A stretch of 64,000 bases of DNA from assembly GCA_948436025.1 (NCBI GenBank), contig CAOJHH010000002.1:422-64421 (forward strand). Direction: 5' to 3'. Of this stretch, positions 9,743-21,400 are shown piece by piece. The first letter of the stretch is position 1. Every line of letters starts with the position of its first letter. The translations under genes were made by a program, and so were the position numbers. The notes under the pieces were generated by a model that saw nothing but the letters and a program-made list of their open reading frames with translations, made no database searches and was not told the origin of the DNA. This stretch comes from an uncultured Clostridium sp. (lineage in GTDB: Bacteria > Bacillota > Clostridia > TANB77 > CAG-508).

Positions 9743-9786
9743 AAAACCTTTTGCTTTTGTAAAATTACGAAAGCAAAAGGTTTTTT
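9743..9786 (+). terminator. rho-independent terminator
   Basis: aaaaccttttgcttt / aaagcaaaaggtttt arms followed by a T run. Confidence 0.7.
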
Positions 9787-9944
9787 AATGGAAAAAAATA
9801 CCACAAACAAACCGAATAAAATTTAAAATTTATCATATAATAAAATAAATAAATTGAATATCCAAACAAATAAAATATAAAATTTTAAAAGAAAGGAGAA
9901 ATCCTTCGAAAGGGGAAATAACCAATAAGAAGGACAGAAACAAC

Positions 9945-10136
9945 ATGAAAATTATTGATAAAATCGCATTAGTATTAATCATCATAGGAGCCATCAACTG
10001 GGGATTAATAGGATTCTTTAATTTCAACTTAGTAGAAACCATATTTGGTAACATGACCATGATTACAAGAATCATCTATGCATTAGTAGGAATTTCAGGA
10101 TTATGGGCAATCAAACTACTATTTGACCATGACTAA
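9945..10136 (+). CDS. DUF378 small membrane protein
   Basis: 63 aa, two TM segments, IALVLIIIGAINWGLIGFFNFNLV signature. Confidence 0.7.
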   Translation: MKIIDKIALVLIIIGAINWGLIGFFNFNLVETIFGNMTMITRIIYALVGISGLWAIKLLFDHD

Positions 10137-10140
10137 AAAA

Positions 10141-10179
10141 TAAAATGTGCTATTAAAAAGTAGCACATTTTATTTTTTT
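10141..10179 (+). terminator. rho-independent terminator
   Basis: taaaatgtgcta / tagcacatttta arms followed by T7. Confidence 0.75.
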
Positions 10180-10239
10180 CTTGCGGAAACCAAAAAAAGC
10201 GTGTATAATAGGAAAGTATGAAAACAAGGAGGAAGAAAC

Positions 10240-11820
10240 ATGTTAGTTGCAAATGGAGTTACCATTCGTTTTGGAAAAAGAGTCTTATTTGAAGATGTCA
10301 ATATTCGCTTTGGAAAAGGAAACTGTTATGGAATCATTGGCGCCAATGGAGCCGGAAAATCTACCTTTTTAAAAGTGTTATCTGGAGAAATTGAACCAAG
10401 CAAAGGAGAAGTCACCAAAGAAAAAGAAGAAAGAATTTCTGTATTAAAACAAGACCACTTTGCCTATGAAGAAGAAAGAGTCATCGACACCGTTATCATG
10501 GGAAATAGTGAATTATATAAAATTATGAAAGAAAAAGATGCCATTTATGCCAAACCAGACTTTAACGAAGAAGACGGGATGAAAGCTGCCAAGTTAGAAG
10601 AACGTTTTGCAGAGCTTGATGGTTGGAATGCCGAAGCAGATGCGGCTGTATTACTAAACGACCTAGGAATTGATACCGAAAAGCATGAAAAATACATGAA
10701 AGAATTAGAAGCAAGAGAAAAAGTAAAAGTATTACTAGCACAAAGCTTATTTGGAAACCCAGACATTTTATTATTAGACGAGCCTACCAACGACTTAGAC
10801 CTAAAAAGCATTGACTGGTTACAAGAATTCCTAATCAATTTCGAAAACACCGTTATCGTGGTATCTCATGACCGTTACTTTTTAAACAAAGTATGTACCC
10901 ACACAGCAGACGTAGACTTTGGCAAAATAACCGTGTACCCAGGCAACTACGACTTCTGGTATGAATCGAGCCAGCTTGCCTTAAAACAAGCCAAAGAAGC
11001 CAACAAGAAAAAAGAAGAAAAAATAAAAGAACTACAAGACTTTATTGCCAGATTTAGTGCCAATGCGTCTAAATCCAAACAAGCTACCTCAAGAAAAAAA
11101 TCCTTAGAGAAAATCGAATTAGAAGAAATAAAACCTTCAAACCGTAGATATCCGTATGTGGATTTCAAACAAGACAGAGAACCGGGAAAAGAAATTCTAC
11201 AAGTAAAAAACATCTCCAAAACCATTGACGGCGAAAAAATCCTAAACAACATCACCTTCACCGTAAAACCAGGAGACAAAATCGCCTTCTTAGCAGACAA
11301 CGAAAACGCCAAAACCGTCTTATTCCAAATTATTGCAGGAGAATTAGAACCAGACGAAGGAGAAATCATTTGGGGAACTACCATAACAAACAATTACTTC
11401 CCAAAAGATAACAACTATCTATTTACAGGAGACCAAAACCTAGTCGAATGGTTAAGAGGATATTCCAAAGATCCAGACGAAACCTTTGTAAGAGGATTTT
11501 TAGGAAGAATGCTATTTTCCGGAGAAGAAGCACTAAAAAAAGTAAATGTCCTATCTGGAGGAGAAAAAGTAAGATGCGTCCTATCCAAAATGATGCTATC
11601 CGGAGCCAATTTCCTAATCTTCGATGAACCAACCAACCACCTAGACATGGAAAGCATTACTTCCGTGAATGAAGGAATGAAAAACTTCAAAGGAAACATC
11701 CTATTTACCTCACACGATCACCAACTAACCCAAACCGTAGCCAACCGAATTATCGACATCAAGCAAAACGAAATCATCGATAAAGAAACTACTTATAATG
11801 AGTATTTAGGAATGGAATAA
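10240..11820 (+). CDS. ABC-F family ATPase (two ABC domains, no TM)
   Basis: Walker A GANGAGKST. Signatures LSGGEKVR and LLLDEPTNDLD / LIFDEPTNHLD. Charged K/E linker between the domains. Confidence 0.85.
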   Translation: MLVANGVTIRFGKRVLFEDVNIRFGKGNCYGIIGANGAGKSTFLKVLSGEIEPSKGEVTKEKEERISVLKQDHFAYEEERVIDTVIMGNSELYKIMKEKDAIYAKPDFNEEDGMKAAKLEERFAELDGWNAEADAAVLLNDLGIDTEKHEKYMKELEAREKVKVLLAQSLFGNPDILLLDEPTNDLDLKSIDWLQEFLINFENTVIVVSHDRYFLNKVCTHTADVDFGKITVYPGNYDFWYESSQLALKQAKEANKKKEEKIKELQDFIARFSANASKSKQATSRKKSLEKIELEEIKPSNRRYPYVDFKQDREPGKEILQVKNISKTIDGEKILNNITFTVKPGDKIAFLADNENAKTVLFQIIAGELEPDEGEIIWGTTITNNYFPKDNNYLFTGDQNLVEWLRGYSKDPDETFVRGFLGRMLFSGEEALKKVNVLSGGEKVRCVLSKMMLSGANFLIFDEPTNHLDMESITSVNEGMKNFKGNILFTSHDHQLTQTVANRIIDIKQNEIIDKETTYNEYLGME

Positions 11821-11931
11821 AAGGAGATACAAACACAAGATATCAAGAACGTGAAATGATATAAATTTATATGCAAACTCCAAAACAGTTTGATGTAATA
11901 GGAGCGATAAAAATAAAAAAGGAGAGAAACA

Positions 11932-14083
11932 ATGGATAACATAACACAAACCATAGCAAACGAATTAAACATAAAACCATCACAAGTAGAAGCCACCATT
12001 AAATTAATTGATGAAGGAAACACCATTCCCTTTATTGCCCGTTACCGCAAGGAAGCGACTGGAGGGCTTTCCGATGAAACCCTAAGGGATTTAGGAGAAA
12101 GACTTACCTATTTACGAAATTTGGAACAAAGAAAAGAAGAGGTAACTAAGTCAATTGAGGCACAAGGAAAATTAACTGAAGAAATTGTAAAAAATTTAGA
12201 AAATGCAATCACACTTGCAGAAGTAGAAGATATTTATAGGCCATACAAACAAAAGAAAAGAACCAGAGCAACCATTGCTAAGGAAAAAGGATTAGAACCA
12301 TTAGCAAATATTATCTTTGAACAAACTGACCCAAGAGATTTAGAAGAAATTGCAAAAGAATATATAAGTGAAGAAAAACAAGTAAATACACAAGAAGAAG
12401 CAATCAAAGGAGCCCTAGACATTATTGCAGAAAACCTATCCGATGATCCAAATTACCGAAAACAAATTAAACGAATCTGCTATCGTGAATCTGTATTAGA
12501 AACAAAAGCTAGTAAACCAGAAGAAACATCAAATTACGAAATGTATTACGAATTTCATGAAAATGTTAACCGAATTCCAAGCCACCGAATACTTGCTATC
12601 AACCGAGGAGAAAAAGAAGAATTCTTAAAAGTAAAAATACAAAAACCAGACGACAAAATCATAAACCTATTAGAAAGAAAAATCATAAAAGGACAAACCC
12701 AATATACCACCTATTTACAAGAATGTATTAGTGATGCTTGGAAAAGACTAATTGAACCATCCATTGAGCGAGAAATCCGTAGCGACTTAACCGAAAAAGC
12801 AGAAGAACAAGCAATCAAAGTATTTGGGAAAAATGCGAAACAATTACTTCTTGGCGCACCACTAAAAGGACTAACCGTAATGGGGTTTGACCCAGCCTAC
12901 CGAACCGGTTGCAAAATTGCCGTTATTGATGAAACAGGAAAATTACTAGATACCGTAACTGTATATCCAACTGAACCACAAAACGATGTCATAGGAACCG
13001 AAAAAACACTATTAACCCTTATCAAAAAGCATAACATTGACATGATTGCCATTGGAAACGGAACCGCTTCAAGAGAATCCGAAATGTTTGTAGCAAACCT
13101 AATCAAAAAAGCAGACCATACTGTACACTATGCTATTGTATCCGAAGCAGGAGCAAGCGTTTATTCCGCATCAAAATTAGCAACCGAAGAATACCCAAAT
13201 ATCAATGTATCCTTAAGAGGAGCCATCTCCATTGCAAGACGACTACAAGACCCACTTGCAGAACTTGTAAAAATTGACCCAAAAGCGATACGGAGTAGGG
13301 CAATACCAACACGACGTAAACCAAAAACGATTAGAAGAAAGCCTAACAGGAGTAGTAGAGGATGCCGTAAACAAAGTAGGTGTTGATGTAAACACAGCAA
13401 CCCCATCCTTACTATCCTATGTATCTGGACTAAACAGCACCATTAGTAAAAACATTGTAAAATATCGTGATGAAAATGGAAAACTAAGAAACAGAAAAGA
13501 ATTATTAAAAGTGCCAAAACTAGGAAAAGTAGCCTATACCCAATGTGCTGGTTTCCTACGTATTTATGATGGCGATAACCCATTAGAAATTACCGCAGTC
13601 CATCCAGAAAGCTATGAAAAAGCAGAGAATTTATTAAAACAAATAGGATATGAACCACAAGACATTTTAGAAAAAGAAACACTAACGAAACTAAAACAAA
13701 ACCTAAAAGAGGTCAATATAGCAAAAACAGCAAAAGACCTAGATATAGGAGAAATGACCTTATCGGACATCATAGAAGAACTAACAAAACCCGGAAGAGA
13801 CCCAAGAGAAGACATGCCAAAACCAATCCTAAGAAACGATGTGTTAAAACTAGAAGACCTAACCGAAGGCATGGTATTAACTGGAACCGTAAGAAATGTC
13901 ATCGATTTTGGAGCCTTTGTTGACATTGGTGTAAAACACGATGGACTAGTACACATCTCCGAAATGAGTGAATCCTTTGTAAAAAATCCATCTGACATTG
14001 TATCTGTAGGTGACATTGTAAAGGTTAAAGTAATTGGAATTGACAAAGAAAGACAAAAAGTAAAATTATCGATGAAATTATAA
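11932..14083 (+). CDS. tex: Tex transcription accessory protein (S1 domain); needs a +1 shift at in-frame CGG 13291
   Basis: N-terminus IANELNIKPSQVEATIKLIDEGNTIPFIARYRKEATGGL, a YqgF-like core and a C-terminal S1 (GTVRNVIDFGAFVDIG). Junction [21 protein letters not shown] is restored by skipping C13291. Confidence 0.85.
13291..13294 (+). other. in-frame CGG-A recoding site (tex)
   Basis: ata CGG A gta ggg: +1 yields the conserved GVGQYQHDV. Confidence 0.85.
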
Positions 14084-14164
14084 TTTATTATTTAACAAAA
14101 AATAAAGAGTGTTGTATATTAATAGTACCTTTCACCAAAAGGTAGAAGGGAGGTTGTAGAACAC

Positions 14165-14233
14165 TTGAAGGAATTACTTAACATATTGAAACTTTATTTG
14201 ATTTATTTAATTATAAAGCATTTAGAGGAGTAG
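14165..14233 (+). CDS. candidate 22-aa hydrophobic peptide ORF (TTG start)
   Basis: AAGGGAGG RBS 10 nt upstream. Peptide MKELLNILKLYLIYLIIKHLEE. Followed by the terminator at 14244-14274. No homology evidence. Confidence 0.25.
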   Translation: MKELLNILKLYLIYLIIKHLEE

Positions 14234-14243
14234 ATAAGGAAAA

Positions 14244-14274
14244 AGACTAGGATTTGTGCTCCTGGTCTTTTTTT
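14244..14274 (+). terminator. rho-independent terminator
   Basis: agactagga / tcctggtct stem (one G-U pair) followed by T7. Confidence 0.65.
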
Positions 14275-14382
14275 ACGTAGTTCACTTTAGAATTACTTAT
14301 CGACGTCTTGATGTTATTATAACATCGATTGTATCATATGTCAAATTCATAATTTTTATTCTAATCTGTGTATACTAATCTC

Positions 14383-15162
14383 TTAGGCAATAGGGTTGTT
14401 GTCATTATTTTCGACTGGTTTTTCCGAAGGTCTGTCACCTGCTAATGCTTCATAGAAGCAAACAAAGCTAACCATAATATAAGGAATTAACCATAATAAA
14501 CCAATATATAAAGTAAACATGGATAAAATTACCCATCCAATAAAAGTAAGTCCTAACCAGAAGAAACTCCAACGATTTCCTCTCATCATATCTTCACTTG
14601 TTTGTACAATCTCTTTTCCAGACATATCTGGGTTATCATATAATACATAGTAAGATAAAGAATATAAATATCCCTTTACAATAGCATAAATGATAGAAGC
14701 GATATAACCAATAAATCCAACAATAGCAAGCCCACCAAATCCAGCAGAAGTAGAAGCATGAATATTGGTATTATAAACAGAAAGCATGGAAACGCCTCCA
14801 AAAACTCCTACGGAAAAAATAACAACAAAGATGATAACAAGGACAACAGGAACAATCATTTTTAATAACATGTTTCCAAAAACGCCCCATACTTTTCCAA
14901 AGTAAGAAAAACCAATACTTAAGAAATCCGTATAATTTACTTCTTCATCTCGACGTAATTTTATAAACATAACTAAAAAACCAAATGAAATTGGTAAATT
15001 AATTAGTAATTGTACAATTGGTCCAATAAACGGAACCAAATTTAATAAAAAGGCAATGGCGAAGGTAATTAAACTATAAAATAAAGTAAGTAAAGCAGCT
15101 TTTCCCCATTTTCCTTTTAAAGCTTCACGAGCATTTGCTCTTAATTCTGATGATACTACCAT
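14383..15162 (-). CDS. DUF975 family integral membrane protein
   Basis: N-terminus RANAREALKGKWGKAALLTLFYSLI, typical of DUF975. Multiple TM segments. Confidence 0.7.
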   Translation of the reverse strand: MVVSSELRANAREALKGKWGKAALLTLFYSLITFAIAFLLNLVPFIGPIVQLLINLPISFGFLVMFIKLRRDEEVNYTDFLSIGFSYFGKVWGVFGNMLLKMIVPVVLVIIFVVIFSVGVFGGVSMLSVYNTNIHASTSAGFGGLAIVGFIGYIASIIYAIVKGYLYSLSYYVLYDNPDMSGKEIVQTSEDMMRGNRWSFFWLGLTFIGWVILSMFTLYIGLLWLIPYIMVSFVCFYEALAGDRPSEKPVENNDNNPIA

Positions 15163-15342
15163 AAAACATCCTCCTTTTAATTTTCTAACAATTAGTATGA
15201 TATGTAATCGTCAAAGACGACAACATAATTATTTATATTTCGACTTAAGTCTATATGAATTTATACAATCTGTCAAGATAAAATCATAAAAAATAGACAG
15301 AAAGTCGAAAAACTTTCTATCTATCTATATGTATCATGTACA

Positions 15343-16395
15343 TTATTTATACCTTTCCTGAATTTCTTTTACTTCCTCATAATGATGTTCCAAAATATCT
15401 AAAAACACATCCGCAATCTTAGGGTCAAACTGCGTTCCCTTGCATCTTGTAATTTCAGAAATAACCGTATCAAGAGGAAGCGCATCACGGTAGGTTCTTT
15501 TGGAAGTCATTGCATCAAAGGTATCAGCAACCGCTGTAATACGAGCAAAATAAGGAATTTCCTCACCCTTTAACTTTCCAGGATACCCAAACCCATCGTA
15601 TTTTTCATGATGATGTTTTACGATTGGAATAATATTTTGGAAAATGGTAGCCGTTGATAAAATATGAGCACCAATCGTTGGATGATTTTTAATCTCAGAA
15701 TACTCATCATCCGTAAGCTTGCCATCTTTTAATAAAATACTATCAGGCACACCAATTTTACCAATATCGTGGAATAAACCACCAATACGAAGCGTTTTTA
15801 TTTCTTCTTCTGATAAGCCCAAATACTTACCAATTAGCACACTAAACTCCGAAACACGATCCGAATGACCACGTGTATAAGAATCTTTTGCCTCAACCGT
15901 ATAACGCAAAGTCTGAATACTCTCCATATAAGCACGTTCTAATTGTTCATAAGTATCTTGTAATTTATTATTCATATCTTTAATAACATTCATTTGAGAA
16001 ATTGCCTTAATACCAGATTCCACAAGCAATAATAATTGGTCAAACTTATCGCTTTTTTCACAATACCCTTGAATATCAAGTCTACGAATGGTCTCCAAAG
16101 GAGGGGCTAAATCCTTATGACCAGTTAGTAATAAAATATATAACTCTTTATTAAATTTTCGGATCTCTTCCACCACTTGATCACCATGAATAGGAGTCAT
16201 AATAAAATCCAAAAGCATTAAATCAAAATGTTCATTTTTTACTTTTTCAATGGCTTCCATAGGGTCAGTTACTCCAGTAAATTCATAGCCAGAACGTTTC
16301 AAAAAAATAGAAAGAGAATCAATAATACCTTCTTCATCATCCACAACAATAATCTTATAACCATTTGAAGGATGTTGTAAATTTCCTTTCCTCAT
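15343..16395 (-). CDS. response regulator: REC domain fused to an HD-GYP phosphodiesterase domain (RpfG-like)
   Basis: REC: IIVVDDEEG..DLMLLDFIMTP..LLLTGH. HD-GYP: HSDRVSEF..FHDIGKIGVPDSIL..HHEKYDGFGYPGKLKGEEIP. Confidence 0.85.
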   Translation of the reverse strand: MRKGNLQHPSNGYKIIVVDDEEGIIDSLSIFLKRSGYEFTGVTDPMEAIEKVKNEHFDLMLLDFIMTPIHGDQVVEEIRKFNKELYILLLTGHKDLAPPLETIRRLDIQGYCEKSDKFDQLLLLVESGIKAISQMNVIKDMNNKLQDTYEQLERAYMESIQTLRYTVEAKDSYTRGHSDRVSEFSVLIGKYLGLSEEEIKTLRIGGLFHDIGKIGVPDSILLKDGKLTDDEYSEIKNHPTIGAHILSTATIFQNIIPIVKHHHEKYDGFGYPGKLKGEEIPYFARITAVADTFDAMTSKRTYRDALPLDTVISEITRCKGTQFDPKIADVFLDILEHHYEEVKEIQERYK

Positions 16396-16523
16396 AGTTC
16401 CACCTCATTTAATTATTTATGTATCTATTATATTCGCAAAAAGTAAGAAAAGCAAGACAAAAACACAAAAAAGAACGAAAATTAACAAAAAGTGTTGTAA
16501 ATATTAATAGACATATAAAATTT

Positions 16524-16599
16524 GTCGGAGCGTATCTTGTGTCTGCTCTCATTAAAAATAGCCACAAATTTGAATAAGGGCAGACACAAGGCCTGCCAC
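16524..16599. repeat. inverted pair of REP-like elements (cttgtgtctgc core) between the HK and RR genes
   Basis: gtcggagcgtatcttgtgtctgctc (16524-16548) on the plus strand and gtggcaggccttgtgtctgccc on the minus strand (16578-16599). The core is shared with the copy inside purL at 46700. Confidence 0.7.
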
Positions 16600-16607
16600 A
16601 ACATTAT

Positions 16608-18407
16608 CTAATCAAGAGGTAAAATAACATGGAAAACCGTTCCTTTTCCTAATTCCGATTCAAACGTAATATTTCCATTAAAATGTCCACGAATGGTAGA
16701 ATAAGACATAAACAATCCTAAACCAGTTCCATTTTTCCCCTTTGTGGTAATCATTTCCTTAAACAACTTATCCTGTACCTCGTCAGGCATACCACAGCCA
16801 TAATCTCTTACTGAAATAACAATTTCATGCTCTGTTTTTTCCACCAAAAGATCCATAACCTCATTGGTTTTACCATTATAGGCTTGAATCGCATTTGAAA
16901 TCAAGTTATTGATAACTTGTACAAGACTATTTACATTTCCCTTCAAAGAAAAACTAGCATCAACCATAGTATTAGTACGCAACTCAATTAAAGCATTTTT
17001 CAACTCATGACGCATCAAAATATTAACACGTTTTAGTAATTCTTCAATGGTAAAAGCATCTTCTGTATCCTCCGATAAAGTAACTGCCTGTCCTTTAACC
17101 GCAGTAATAATATCAGACATATACGAAGTATGAGTCTTTATCTTTTCAATCCACACAGACATATCACGAGCAATCTCATGATGATCGGAAGAATTAACCT
17201 CAGGGTCATCAATCGAAGAATCATACTCTTTGGTTAAATCTGTAAGTCCTTCCGCAGCACCTGCAATCGACATAATCGGTGTTTTTAAGTTATGAGCAAT
17301 ACCACCAACTAACTGACCAAGAGAAGCAAGACGTTCCTTTTCAATAAGCAAATCTTGATTTTCCTGAATGGTTTTCATATCTTCAATGTGTTGGGTAATA
17401 TCCTTAAACAAAATTAAAATTCCCAAAAAGCTACCATTATTTGAAATATTATTAATTTCAATATGAAAATGTTTATTTAAGCTTTTGAAATTTCGCTCAA
17501 AAATGAATGTTTCAGGTGAATGTTTTGCCTTTTCTAGAGTCAAAGTCAATTCATCAAGATTGGTACTAGTTGGTTCTAGCAATTTGCAAAAATCAGTATT
17601 TCTTACAGAATTTGCAGTAAAGTGGAATGTTTCTAAAAATGTTTTATTAAAGTCAGTAATAATGTTATTTTCATTAATAACTAAATAACAATCTGACATA
17701 CGATCAACAACCCTTTGCAAAGCAATCGGAGCAACCTTTAAAAAGTCAAACTTCAAAATTGCAAGAGCAAAGCAAAATATAGTAAATGCAAATGAAATAG
17801 GTGTCAAATAGATAGACATTTTTATAAGTCCAAAACTGCCTAGTATGTTAATGATAATAGGAATAAAAACACCTAAAACAATTAAAATAGATTGCTTTGA
17901 GAAGAATCCAGCATTTTTAATACTATATTTTAATAAATAATAAATAGCAACAAAAAATAAAGCATATGTATAAATTTGATGTACTGTCATATATGGACCA
18001 AATATAGTTTCATTTAAGTTAATAGAATAGGATTCATAAAGCAGGTGATGAAAATTATTAGTCCATAGTAATACTAATGAAAGAACAGGGATAATAAATA
18101 ATAGCAAATAGGACTTCTTAAACTTAATTTTTGTATTAGCAAAAATTAAACCCGTAAAGAAAAGTGCTACTGGCATAAACACATTAGCAATATACGTAAT
18201 GTATTCAATTTTAAAAATTAGAGTACTATTATGTAAAGAAATTAGTAATGTTTGAATAAAGGTGCAAAAACATTGTAAAAAAATTAGAGCTATATCAAGA
18301 GAAAACACCTTTAACAATTGGTTGTTATCCTGTTTCTTTCGTATATAATAGAATAAAATACATAGTAACACTAAAATAATGAATAATATAAGAGAGGCTA
18401 TATTCAT
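16608..18407 (-). CDS. sensor histidine kinase with an N-terminal 7TM region and a PAS-like linker
   Basis: About 7 TM segments in the first 230 aa. H box LVGGIAHNLKTPI, N box NNLISNAIQA, G boxes RDYGCGMP and GTGLGLFMS. Confidence 0.85.
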   Translation of the reverse strand: MNIASLILFIILVLLCILFYYIRKKQDNNQLLKVFSLDIALIFLQCFCTFIQTLLISLHNSTLIFKIEYITYIANVFMPVALFFTGLIFANTKIKFKKSYLLLFIIPVLSLVLLWTNNFHHLLYESYSINLNETIFGPYMTVHQIYTYALFFVAIYYLLKYSIKNAGFFSKQSILIVLGVFIPIIINILGSFGLIKMSIYLTPISFAFTIFCFALAILKFDFLKVAPIALQRVVDRMSDCYLVINENNIITDFNKTFLETFHFTANSVRNTDFCKLLEPTSTNLDELTLTLEKAKHSPETFIFERNFKSLNKHFHIEINNISNNGSFLGILILFKDITQHIEDMKTIQENQDLLIEKERLASLGQLVGGIAHNLKTPIMSIAGAAEGLTDLTKEYDSSIDDPEVNSSDHHEIARDMSVWIEKIKTHTSYMSDIITAVKGQAVTLSEDTEDAFTIEELLKRVNILMRHELKNALIELRTNTMVDASFSLKGNVNSLVQVINNLISNAIQAYNGKTNEVMDLLVEKTEHEIVISVRDYGCGMPDEVQDKLFKEMITTKGKNGTGLGLFMSYSTIRGHFNGNITFESELGKGTVFHVILPLD

Positions 18408-18421
18408 AAAAATACTCCTTT

Positions 18422-21400
18422 TTAGTTTATTTTTGCATTAAAATATCCTATATCAATTAAATATTGAAAAGAATTTTTAATATAGTTAGTATCAATATAA
18501 GGCCATTCAAACCCTATTTTTGCTAAGAAATCTTTTGTAAAATCAGATTCTATAGAAACTTGAGACTTGTATACTAATTTTTTATCGGCATTTAAGTCAT
18601 TAATAATTCCTTCAAGTTCTTGTTTTTTAGAAGGATCATGCAATATTGTTTCAATGATATTTGAAAAATCTTCATCTGAAATAAGTTTAATATTAATTCC
18701 AATTTCAGTTAACATTTGAAATAGTCTATCTAAATCAACATGTTTTTCATTTAATAAATGGAAAACAGTATAATCATTACTCATATGATTTGCAATATCA
18801 ATAATAGCATTTCCACAATAATCGATTGGTGTAAATTCACAATACAAATTTAGTAAACTTTTTGGAAATACACCGATTTGTAAAAAAGATTTTAATCTAT
18901 TTACAAAAGCATTTTCAAAATGATTTTGTTGAAATTTACCTTCTGAAAATCGGCTGGTTAAATTTCCAATTCTTAAAATGCAAGCAGATAATCCATCTAA
19001 GATAGCATCTAATACAAGTTTTTCAGCTTCAAACTTACTTCTAACGTAAAAATTTTGAAGGTTTTGCCCAATATAGAAATTAGTTTCATTAAATATCATA
19101 TCTTTTTCAAAATAATTATCAATATTGGCACCCTCAGCAAGATTATTTCCTGATACACTAATAGTAGAAACATGTAACAATTTTAAATTATAATTTTTAG
19201 CAAAATCAATAACACGTCTAGTACCAATAATATTAATTTTTTCAAAATCATTGTAACTACCATAATGTTTAACTAATGCAGCACAATGTATAACCGTATT
19301 AATATTAGTTCCTAAAACATTATAATCAATCATATTTAAACCAAAGTCTTGTAAAGTAATATCTCCTTCAACTAATTTAATTCTATTTCCAATATATTTA
19401 TCATATTTAGAATCAAAGTAGAAATGTAAAACATTTTTCAATCTATCTTCAGGAGATATATTATTTTTTCCTCTAATAAGGCAATATACTATACCAGTTT
19501 CCCTTTTTATAAAACTATCTAAAACATGAGCACCTAGGAAACCAGTAAAACCAGTTAATAATACATTACCAATAGGAGAATTAGGTATATGCATATTAGG
19601 AGTTATTTTATTTTTTTCAAGTACAGTACAATATTTTTCATAATCATTTGAATTAGCATTAAAAGTGTTTTCATCACGTTTAATACAATTTGCTAAGCTT
19701 TCTACCGTAGGATTTTCAAAAATATTAGCATAACTTATTTGCAAACCGTTACTAATTGCTTCAACTTGTAGTTTAATTGCTAATAAAGAATCTCCCCCTA
19801 ATTCAAAGAAATCATCATCAATTCCAATATCTTCAAAACCTAATAAATTTTTAAAGATGATTAAAAGTATTCTCTCGTTTTCATTAGTAGGTTGTTTAAT
19901 AGTACTTGTAATATGATTAGTTTCAAAATTAATAGGTAATGCCTTTTTATCGACTTTGCCATTTGTATTAATAGGTAATTTTTCTAGTTGCATAAAATAA
20001 GTTGGTATCATATAAGTAGGTAAGTTCCTTTTTAAATATTGTTTTAACTCTTGTATATCAATCGTTTTGTTGGCAACAAGGTAAGAACAAATGCATTTTT
20101 CATTTTTAACATTATTAATAACAGTAATACATTCCTTCATAGAAGGAAAAGTTAAAATTTTTGAATTAATTTCTCCTAATTCAACTCTAAAACCTCTAAT
20201 TTTTACTTGATTATCAATTCGTCCTATGAAATCAATCGTGCCATTAGGAAGCCATTTTACTAAATCTCCTGTTTTATAGACAATTCCATCTCCAAATGGG
20301 TTTTGAATGAATTTTTCATTTGTTAGAAGAGGATTATTCCAATATCCTTTTGCAACACCATCTCCGCCTACCCATAATTCTCCTGGTACATCAATAGGAT
20401 TCAATTGTCCAGAAGAAGAGACAACGTAGGCGGTTGAGTTAGAAATTGGTCTACCAATAGGGATAGAGTTTGTATATTTTTGATCAATTGTAAAACAACA
20501 AGAAAAAGTTGTATTTTCTGTTGGCCCATATCCATTAATGATAGTCAAGCTAGGATTAGCAGTAAGTGCCATATTAATATGTTTTGGAGAAAGAACATCT
20601 CCACCTGTTAGTAAAGTTTTTACACTACGAAACATATGAGGATTTTCTTCACATAATTGATTAAATAGAGGTGCAGTAATCCATAACATGGTAATTTTAT
20701 ATTTCAATAAATAATCCTGTAATAATGTAGAGTCTAATAAAGTATCTTTTTTTATAACATATAATTCAAAGCCATTAAGTAATGCACCAAAAATTTCAAA
20801 AGTACAAGCATCAAAAACAATAGAGCCCGTTTGAAGGATTCTTTCTGTCTTATCAAAATTAATAAATTTATTATTTTTTACTAGGCGAATGATATTTCTA
20901 TGTTTTATCATAACTCCCTTAGGATTGCCAGTAGAACCAGATGTATACATAATGTAAGCAAGGCTATCTGGTTGAATATTTATACAATTAAGGTTAGAAA
21001 TATCATTTTTGTTGTAAATAGAATTATCATAATCAATACAAAGGGACTGAATAGTATTAGTAGCTTTATGGATATATTGTTTTGTAGTTAAAATAATTTT
21101 TGCTTTTGAATCTTTAATAATATAATCAATTCGCTCCATTGGATAGCTTACATCAATAGGAAGATAAGTAGCACCAATTTTTAAAGTAGCTAAAATTGCG
21201 ATGATAGATTCAAGAGACTTATCTAACAATAAACAGATAATGTCGTTAGATTTGGCTTGGTTAGCAAGTAAAAATCTAGCTAATTGATTTACTTTTTCAT
21301 TTAGTTTTCGATAAGTTAATTTTTGATCTTCAAATACAAGAGCTATATTGTTAGGAGTTTGATTTACTTGTTCTTCAAATAAATTAATGATTGTTTTATC

